From: a virus | Taxonomy: Duplodnaviria > Heunggongvirae > Uroviricota > Caudoviricetes | Strand: one strand, 5' to 3' | DNA: 64,000 bases | IMG/VR virus record: IMGVR_UViG_3300035522_000061 | Span: 1-64,000 of that record | In this document: positions 57,879 to 64,000 of the stretch, piece by piece | How positions within the stretch are numbered: the first letter of the stretch is position 1 | How the letters are laid out: each line of letters begins with the position of its first letter | Program-made: the position numbers and the translations under genes | Notes under the pieces: generated by a model | The model's input: the letters and a program-made list of their open reading frames with translations, nothing else | Told to the model about the DNA's origin: nothing | Database searches by the model: none

Positions 57879-58113
57879 GGTTTTAAATGAATATTATTTA
57901 CCTACTACAACAATTTAACAAAACATAAAAATGAACTTAAATAATTGTGATTTATTTGTTCCTGTTAATGACCCAAAAGGAATATTAATGACTAAAGAAG
58001 GTTTCTTAGAGAATTGTTTCTTTGTGGATAGTTCAATATTACAAAGCGAGTATGGTAATAAGGCTTACTTTGCAAGAGTTACATGGTTACAAGAACATAA
58101 AATAATTTAAATT

Positions 58114-58518
58114 ATGATTGATTTTCAGAATAAATATGAAGGTTTAGAGGTTGAAAAGGTAATAGCTCAATATACCCAACCTGGAGATTGCTGTGAAGAT
58201 GATGATAATTGGCAAACCATTCAATTAGAAACTGAAAATAATGGAGTATCTCCTTTTATAAGAATAAGTTTGCCAGAAGGAGGTCACTGGTCTATTGATG
58301 GTATATCGGATATAAAAAGAATACTTGATGATTTCAGCCAAAAGGTTAACTACAAAGAATCTTTTGTAGATGAACCGAAGTTAAAGGAAATAATTAAAGG
58401 TATAGAAGACTTGCTGCAAGAAGTGGTGGATAATGACAGTGCTACCCATAAACTTACTGATGAATCTATGCTTAATTATATGTGTAAAAAATTAGCAGAA
58501 CTAATTGATGGAAAGTAA
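58114..58518 (+). CDS. hypothetical acidic protein
   Basis: 134-aa ORF. Confidence 0.4.
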   Translation: MIDFQNKYEGLEVEKVIAQYTQPGDCCEDDDNWQTIQLETENNGVSPFIRISLPEGGHWSIDGISDIKRILDDFSQKVNYKESFVDEPKLKEIIKGIEDLLQEVVDNDSATHKLTDESMLNYMCKKLAELIDGK

Positions 58519-58687
58519 AATTTATTTAACGGTAGCACAATTGGATGCAATTATTAAGCTTCATAAACAATTTCCTGATAAAGGTATTACTGTGGCAGAC
58601 AAATTACTACCTGGAGTAGGAGCTATCACTACAGCTTCTGTGGACGATGACAAAGATTATGATATAACTGATATAGACTCATTTTAA
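58505..58687 (+). CDS. hypothetical protein
   Basis: 60-aa ORF. Confidence 0.3.
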   Translation: MMESKIYLTVAQLDAIIKLHKQFPDKGITVADKLLPGVGAITTASVDDDKDYDITDIDSF

Positions 58688-58689
58688 TT

Positions 58690-58935
58690 ATGTTATTTAC
58701 TAAAAAAGAAGTAATCACTAAGGTTAGGGATTTAATTAGTACTATTATTTATCAAGAATACAAAGAGGCTGCTTTAGAAGCACTTGATTTAATTATAGAT
58801 ATTCAGGATGCTGATTATCCATTACCTACAGAAATTCCAGATTGGAATATAGATCCAGAATTACTTAAAGATGTAAAACCTCAAAGTATCGGAGATGATA
58901 TAGAAGCACAACGTAAAATGGAAATTAAATTTTAA
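58690..58935 (+). CDS. hypothetical protein
   Basis: 81-aa ORF. Confidence 0.35.
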   Translation: MLFTKKEVITKVRDLISTIIYQEYKEAALEALDLIIDIQDADYPLPTEIPDWNIDPELLKDVKPQSIGDDIEAQRKMEIKF

Positions 58936-58937
58936 TT

Positions 58938-59165
58938 ATGTATAAAGGAATTCAAATAGATTTAACTATGTCTAGAACTCTGTATTTTGAGCAAAACGAA
59001 GGAGAATCTGATGAAGAATTTTTAGAAAGATATAAACAAGATATTCAAACTCCTAAGAATGTAATAAATACTTTAATGAAATTTTTACAATCTAGAGGTA
59101 TTAGTATATCTGGAACTGATTTAGAGGGATGGGAAGTTAAAAATCAAGAATATAAAGTAGTATGA
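58938..59165 (+). CDS. hypothetical protein
   Basis: 75-aa ORF. Confidence 0.35.
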   Translation: MYKGIQIDLTMSRTLYFEQNEGESDEEFLERYKQDIQTPKNVINTLMKFLQSRGISISGTDLEGWEVKNQEYKVV

Positions 59166-59380
59166 ATAGATTTTTAATAACAGTTAATGATGATTTACAT
59201 ATTCTAGCCTATGGAAATAATATTGTAGATCAAATTAAAAACGATGAAAAGTTTTGGGATATACTAGTAAACGAATATGATATAAATGACGGGACGATTA
59301 CTGTTGCAAAAATATCTGAAAAAAGGTATCAGAAAGATACTGCGTATTATGACAGTCTTAAAGTTATCATCTATGGCTAA
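59162..59380 (+). CDS. hypothetical protein
   Basis: 72 aa with an ATGA overlap. Confidence 0.35.
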   Translation: MNRFLITVNDDLHILAYGNNIVDQIKNDEKFWDILVNEYDINDGTITVAKISEKRYQKDTAYYDSLKVIIYG

Positions 59381-59678
59381 TATATGTTATAATAAAATGT
59401 ACTTTGAGTGCCCTCAAAAGGACTTTAATAAATGGTCTGAAATATTTAAAAATATAGATGTTGACTTTATCTCAGCTACAGAAAATCCTTATGGATGGAT
59501 AGAAGCAGAATTTGAATCACCTTGGGATTTTCCAGATAAAGTATTTAAAGAAATTATGCCTAATGGAATAAAGGATATTTACTTTAGATGTCTATCAGAA
59601 GAACCTGGATTTGATTACTTTGCCTGTAATGTCTATAAAAATGGTTATTGGCAGAAAGAACAATATTTTGAGGTATAA
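59371..59678 (+). CDS. hypothetical protein
   Basis: Start set at an internal Met overlapping the upstream stop; the track starts at 59286. Confidence 0.4.
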
Positions 59679-59695
59679 ATTAAAATTGAATTATT

Positions 59696-59956
59696 ATGAA
59701 ATCTGAAATTATAGTTGACTATTCTATCCTTGTTTATACATCCGCAAGTATTGATTTAGCTAAATTGGTTGATAGAATAACGAAAGAATTAAACAAAAAT
59801 GGTACAGAAATAAGTAAAAAATCTATTATAAGTGAACTCGATAATAATGGTGATTTTTATTTAGCTGAAATTATAGAGAATTATTATGATATATCGGATG
59901 ATGATTACTGTAATATTATTGATACCATTGTGAACTCTTTAAAAGAATACTTATGA
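59696..59956 (+). CDS. hypothetical protein
   Basis: 86-aa ORF. Confidence 0.35.
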   Translation: MKSEIIVDYSILVYTSASIDLAKLVDRITKELNKNGTEISKKSIISELDNNGDFYLAEIIENYYDISDDDYCNIIDTIVNSLKEYL

Positions 59957-60192
59957 AAATATGCGTTGATCAAAAAGAAACTATCTGGAATACTACCAAA
60001 ATTAATATTATAGGAAAATGCTCAGTTGAAGATCTTAAAAAGATTGCAGAAAATTGTAAAACTATTTATGATTTAGAAATGGCTTTGTATAAATTAGATA
60101 TTGATTTTGAAGTTGTAAATTCAGAGTATTTGTTTGATACCGCAGAAGTTTATGATAAAGGATATTCTTTTGAAGTAAGAGCTATTATATAA
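59953..60192 (+). CDS. hypothetical protein
   Basis: 79-aa ORF. Confidence 0.35.
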   Translation: MKICVDQKETIWNTTKINIIGKCSVEDLKKIAENCKTIYDLEMALYKLDIDFEVVNSEYLFDTAEVYDKGYSFEVRAII

Positions 60193-60435
60193 AAATGGAT
60201 ACTGTATTGTTTCTTTTAGGATGTTTATTTGGAATGGTGGTACTTCCACTAATTGTAGTAATAATATTTTTAATTAAAGGTTGGTAATGATAATATTTTG
60301 GGCAGTAGTTTATGCTGCATTACGATATTTTCGGTATGTGAATATAGACGACTATAGAAAGAAAACTGCCGATTGGTTAGAATTTATGGTGTTATTTTGT
60401 TTAATTTTGGACATTTTGAAACTTTTTAATTTAGT

Positions 60436-60810
60436 ATGAAAGAATCTGATTATTATCCAGCAGGGGCGTGGAATGACCCAGATGCTCCTTATAATTGGCA
60501 TGAGCAACCTGAAATAGAACTTGAGGTTACAGTATCTTTAACTATTAGTAAAACTGTTAAAGTATGGGTAAATGATTATGAAACTAGTATAGAGGAGGAT
60601 CCAGACGATAATACTGTGCATACATATTATGACTTTAGTAATTGTAATTTAGAGGAATATGTTCAGGAACAAATAGAACTACCTCATGAATTAGCAAAGG
60701 ATTTAGAAAATAATCATTTAACTGAACGTGAAAAACGCTCAAAAATACAAGATTGTAAAGATTGGACTGTTGATGATGTTTGTTGTGTATTAGAAGACTA
60801 TAATGTATGA
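60436..60810 (+). CDS. hypothetical acidic protein
   Basis: 124 aa. ATGA-coupled to thyX. Confidence 0.4.
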   Translation: MKESDYYPAGAWNDPDAPYNWHEQPEIELEVTVSLTISKTVKVWVNDYETSIEEDPDDNTVHTYYDFSNCNLEEYVQEQIELPHELAKDLENNHLTEREKRSKIQDCKDWTVDDVCCVLEDYNV

Positions 60811-61640
60811 AATTAATTAATCAAGACTATAAAATTATGGAAATTCCCAAGAGTGTAAAAGACTCTTGGGATATTATTGAGGCAGCTACAAGAACATGTT
60901 ATCAATCTGAGCGTAGGGACAATTCTGAAACATCTGAAGAGTGGTGCCGTAGAGTTCTTCTTAGAAATGAAAACCCAGAAGCTAATCATGGTGCAATGTT
61001 AGAACATGGAACTATATATTTAGAAGTACCTATTTTTATAGTTGAACATCCTACTTGGAATTCTTTAATAAATAATCCTTATACTAGAGTATTTATGGAT
61101 TCTAAAAACTGTTATATAACCACTAATTTAAGAGTATTATATGAAAATTGGTGGGAAGATGTATTGGATTATGCAGTATGCCCAAGTGAATTACATTGTA
61201 AAAGATACACAGTATGTATGAATACTTCTTTACAGGTATATAAAGAATTAACTAGACATAGAGCATTTAGTTTTGCTATAGAAAGTACTAGATACTGCAA
61301 TTATAGTACTAATAAATTTAACAAATCTATTAAATATATAGAACCTTGTTGGGCAATAGAAGAAGAAATTCCTGAAATATATAAAGATTTTGAAACTCTT
61401 GAAGCTATTTATTTTAAATGGATTGATAAAGGTTGGAAGCCTCAAGAAGCTGCCACTTTTATACCTCAAGGAATAAAAGCTCAAGTATGGATGACAGGAT
61501 TTGAAGATGATTGGCAACATTTATTTAAATTGAGAACTAAAATAGCTTTAACAGGAAAACCTCATCCTCAGATGCTAGAAATAATAACTCCAATCTACGA
61601 AGATTTTGTTAAATTAGGATATATTGAAAGGTTAGAATAA
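60807..61640 (+). CDS. thyX: flavin-dependent thymidylate synthase ThyX
   Basis: ThyX signature RHRAFSFAIESTR (RHR...S.R). Confidence 0.8.
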   Translation: MKLINQDYKIMEIPKSVKDSWDIIEAATRTCYQSERRDNSETSEEWCRRVLLRNENPEANHGAMLEHGTIYLEVPIFIVEHPTWNSLINNPYTRVFMDSKNCYITTNLRVLYENWWEDVLDYAVCPSELHCKRYTVCMNTSLQVYKELTRHRAFSFAIESTRYCNYSTNKFNKSIKYIEPCWAIEEEIPEIYKDFETLEAIYFKWIDKGWKPQEAATFIPQGIKAQVWMTGFEDDWQHLFKLRTKIALTGKPHPQMLEIITPIYEDFVKLGYIERLE

Positions 61641-61670
61641 TGTAGTGTAATAATTGTCCTTTAAAGAAAA

Positions 61671-61976
61671 TTGATTATGAAAACTTTTAATGTTATTTTA
61701 TACGACTTTAATGCTCGTAAATTTATTCCTTATGATGTTATTCCATATTTAGTAAAGTGTTATAAAGAAGCTCGAAAGAAGCCAAATACTCCTGAAGAAT
61801 TTAGAAAATTTATTGAAGGTTGGTCGCAGTATAGATGGTGGTCACGTTGTGAATATGAAATAATTTTATCTGATTGGCCTAATTCTAAAGATGAGAAAAA
61901 AGTAGATGTACATTGGCAAGTTATGCTAAATATTGATTTAATAACGAACCTAGTAATAGAATCAATAAATGAGTAA
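61671..61976 (+). CDS. hypothetical protein
   Basis: 101-aa ORF. Confidence 0.4.
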   Translation: MIMKTFNVILYDFNARKFIPYDVIPYLVKCYKEARKKPNTPEEFRKFIEGWSQYRWWSRCEYEIILSDWPNSKDEKKVDVHWQVMLNIDLITNLVIESINE

Positions 61977-62514
61977 ATATATAGAATATTTAATATATAA
62001 TCCTTTTAAGACTTGGTGGAAAGCTAGAAAGTATTTTAAGCGTCCTAAAATATCTTTTCATTTCTTCTGGAAACTTTCTCAAAATTGCCCAATAGCATAT
62101 ACTAAGAATGTTGGTAAAATATTAGATATATATATTGACGATGTTCTTTGGAAAGATAAATATAACAGTCCTAGGCATGAAAGAGATCCTTTTATATGGG
62201 TATGCTTCTTTAAACAATTCGGATTCTCTATTAATTTTGATATATATTATAGAAATGAATTTGGAGAACGAGTAGTTGGAAATATGTATTATTGGGAATA
62301 TATGCTGGATTATCTTTATTATCATCACACTTTAACATGTTTTCCAGTATGGGAAGGTAATTCAAAACTATATAAATATATATTTGAATTTAAGAATACT
62401 GAAGGTGGCTCTAAGGATGTGCTATCCCCATGTAAATATATTGTCCCAAGTGTTGCAATGTCTTTAAATAAAGAAGGCATCAAACAATTAAAAAAGGAAT
62501 TAAAAAATGCTTAA
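61969..62514 (+). CDS. hypothetical protein
   Basis: 181-aa ORF, Trp/Tyr-rich. Confidence 0.4.
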   Translation: MSKYIEYLIYNPFKTWWKARKYFKRPKISFHFFWKLSQNCPIAYTKNVGKILDIYIDDVLWKDKYNSPRHERDPFIWVCFFKQFGFSINFDIYYRNEFGERVVGNMYYWEYMLDYLYYHHTLTCFPVWEGNSKLYKYIFEFKNTEGGSKDVLSPCKYIVPSVAMSLNKEGIKQLKKELKNA

Positions 62515-62516
62515 AT

Positions 62517-63107
62517 TTGATGAAAAATATATTCTTTACATCAGATACACACTTCTATCATACAAACATTATTAAGTATTGTAATAGACCGTTTTCTTCT
62601 GTTGAGGAAATGAATCAAAAATTAATTGAAAATTGGAATAATACAGTATCTGAGCATGATACTATATTTCATTTAGGAGATTTTATGTTTAAAAAAAATT
62701 GGGAAGAAATACTTTCTCAATTAAATGGACATATTCATCTTATATTAGGAAATCATGATTGTACCACATTTAAAAATAAATATAGACAATATTTTGATTC
62801 TGTGCAGGAACAACTTACAATTAAAGTTGAGGATATCAAATTAATATTAACTCATTTTCCGTTACTCTGTTATCATGGATCAACTGAAAATGAAAGTAAT
62901 ATCTGGAATATTCATGGGCATGTCCATTTGTGTAAAAACAATAATGGAAATTATGAAAGAATAAAATTAACGTGTCCAACTCAATATGATGTAGGAGTAG
63001 ATTTTAATAATTATACTCCTATTTCTTTTAATAATTTGAAACATATTATAAATACCCAGATAAAGAATAATATAAATCAAACATATTGGATTAATGAAAA
63101 TTTGTGA
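62517..63107 (+). CDS. calcineurin-like metallophosphoesterase
   Basis: TSDTHFYH, HLGDF, LGNHD and GHVH motifs. Confidence 0.6.
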   Translation: MMKNIFFTSDTHFYHTNIIKYCNRPFSSVEEMNQKLIENWNNTVSEHDTIFHLGDFMFKKNWEEILSQLNGHIHLILGNHDCTTFKNKYRQYFDSVQEQLTIKVEDIKLILTHFPLLCYHGSTENESNIWNIHGHVHLCKNNNGNYERIKLTCPTQYDVGVDFNNYTPISFNNLKHIINTQIKNNINQTYWINENL

Positions 63108-63306
63108 TACAAGATCTTGTACAATATTATCACCAGATGAATCTTGTGAATTAGGAGTATTTTATGAAGATGGAAAGTTATATGCTGGATATATTTCTAA
63201 TTCTGGAGCAAATAAAGAATGGTCTATTGATTATAATGAGGATTGTTCATTTGATGATAATTTAGAAATGTTGTATGATGAAATACTTAATAAAAGTGAG
63301 TTTTGA
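63094..63306 (+). CDS. hypothetical protein
   Basis: 70-aa ORF. Confidence 0.35.
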   Translation: MKICDTRSCTILSPDESCELGVFYEDGKLYAGYISNSGANKEWSIDYNEDCSFDDNLEMLYDEILNKSEF

Positions 63307-63508
63307 CGAAGGTAAACACTGGTATCAATTACAGTGGGAAAATATGGATTTTACCCAGTTTGATAGAATTAAAGGATTAAAAGACGTAACGACAATAGAT
63401 GGATTACAGAATTTAGTTAAAAAGAATTATCCTAATGTAAATCTTACTTGGACTCTTTTAGATAAAGTAAATACTATACGAAAAAAGAAAACACGAAATG
63501 GAAAATAA
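63275..63508 (+). CDS. hypothetical protein (start uncertain)
   Basis: Overlaps the upstream ORF by 32 nt. An internal Met is a possible start. Confidence 0.3.
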   Translation: MMKYLIKVSFDEGKHWYQLQWENMDFTQFDRIKGLKDVTTIDGLQNLVKKNYPNVNLTWTLLDKVNTIRKKKTRNGK

Positions 63509-63809
63509 TAATTTTATAAAACAATCGTCTCCAGTTGCTGAATTTGAAGCTATAACTAAAGAAATGCTAGAAGTATTTAAAAGAAAAAATCACGATTATG
63601 GAAATTCTTTTGAAATTTCACTAGATAAGTTTGGAATTATTGCGGCAGTAGTAAGACTTGGAGATAAAATGAATCGTATAGAATCTTTAAGTACTAAAAA
63701 ACAACAAGTAAATGATGAATCTATAAAAGATACATTACAAGATATGGCAAATTATGCTATAATGACTATAATGTGGTTAAATAATTCTGTAAAGAAAAAA
63801 GATCTATAA
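63498..63809 (+). CDS. hypothetical protein (HDYG motif)
   Basis: 103-aa ORF. Last + strand gene before the convergent terminators. Confidence 0.4.
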   Translation: MENNNFIKQSSPVAEFEAITKEMLEVFKRKNHDYGNSFEISLDKFGIIAAVVRLGDKMNRIESLSTKKQQVNDESIKDTLQDMANYAIMTIMWLNNSVKKKDL

Positions 63810-63822
63810 TATAAAAGGGGTT

Positions 63823-63858
63823 AGTTTGGCGATTGCCAGGCTAACCCCCTTATTTTTT
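63823..63858 (+). terminator. rho-independent terminator
   Basis: AAGGGGTTAG...CTAACCCCCTT stem followed by ATTTTTT. Confidence 0.75.
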
Positions 63859-63859
63859 A

Positions 63860-63898
63860 AGCCGATGACTTTATCTAAGTTGTCGGCTTATTTTTTCT
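63860..63898. terminator. second rho-independent terminator (convergent or bidirectional)
   Basis: AAGCCGATGAC...GTTGTCGGCTT stem followed by ATTTTTTC. A probable - strand gene end lies downstream. Confidence 0.6.
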
Positions 63899-63944
63899 TT
63901 TCTGCTTTATAAGTATCTTGAAATGATTTTAACACGGCTATATT

Positions 63945-64000
63945 CTAAACCGCCATATCGGTCGCAGCTTTTTCACCTAACGAAACTTTCAATAAATCAG
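63945..64000 (-). CDS. 3' end of a minus-strand gene continuing beyond the window (GC-richer)
   Basis: Open frame on the reverse strand (...GEKAATDMAV*) with a stop at 63945-63947. GC content rises sharply here. Confidence 0.3.
   Translation of the reverse strand, partial: DLLKVSLGEKAATDMAV

Noticed and set aside
1-64000. Prophage, integrative element or defence-island interpretation
   Set aside because: No integrase, recombinase, att-like direct repeats or host housekeeping genes are present. Gene content (RNR, ThyX, Dut, ligase, helicases, polymerase, many homing endonucleases, tRNA array) and uniform + strand packing indicate a lytic large-phage replication and nucleotide-metabolism region.

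Overview
The window is an AT-rich (~30% GC), phage-like region in which every credible gene lies on the + strand. Canonical Shine-Dalgarno sites are almost absent, which suggests a Bacteroidetes-type host; this is inference only. Roughly 45% of ORFs have no recognisable domain, so the window is probably an accessory-rich large lytic phage genome (no integrase, att site or lysogeny functions are visible here).

Recognisable core functions form a T4-like replication and nucleotide-metabolism module:
- anaerobic ribonucleotide reductase NrdD and its activase NrdG
- ThyX, dUTPase and an NT5C-like deoxynucleotidase
- ATP-dependent DNA ligase and a split family-A DNA polymerase
- UvsW-like SF2 helicase, Dda/RecD-like SF1 helicase, a DnaB-like helicase and a toprim primase
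- RNase H, two calcineurin-like phosphoesterases and a lambda-type Ser/Thr phosphatase
- a full-length sigma-70 family sigma factor and a signal-peptide GH24 lysozyme

A tRNA array sits at 5.7-8.5 kb, with an additional type-II tRNA-Leu at 14.3 kb.

The most notable observations are:
- At least five core genes (DNA polymerase, nrdD, a Mre11/SbcD-like phosphoesterase, the Ser/Thr phosphatase and the DnaB-like helicase) are interrupted by intron-like insertions. Three carry LAGLIDADG homing endonucleases. For four of the five, joining the flanking exons at a U...G group-I-compatible junction restores a conserved catalytic motif; the DnaB junction could not be placed.
- A phage-borne NfeD-flotillin (SPFH) membrane module sits directly downstream of a standalone OmpR-type winged-helix regulator.
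- A conserved ~80-nt intergenic element occurs three times. Its central hairpin differs in sequence between copies but pairs in each, and it punctuates cassettes of small paralogous genes.
- The tRNA array contains recurrent acceptor-stem plus T-arm mini-helix elements that lack anticodon arms.

There are also two freestanding GIY-YIG homing endonucleases and several small paralogous gene families. The first ~560 bp and the last ~150 bp are GC-richer than the rest, and the left edge is closed by a strong terminator and the right edge by a pair.
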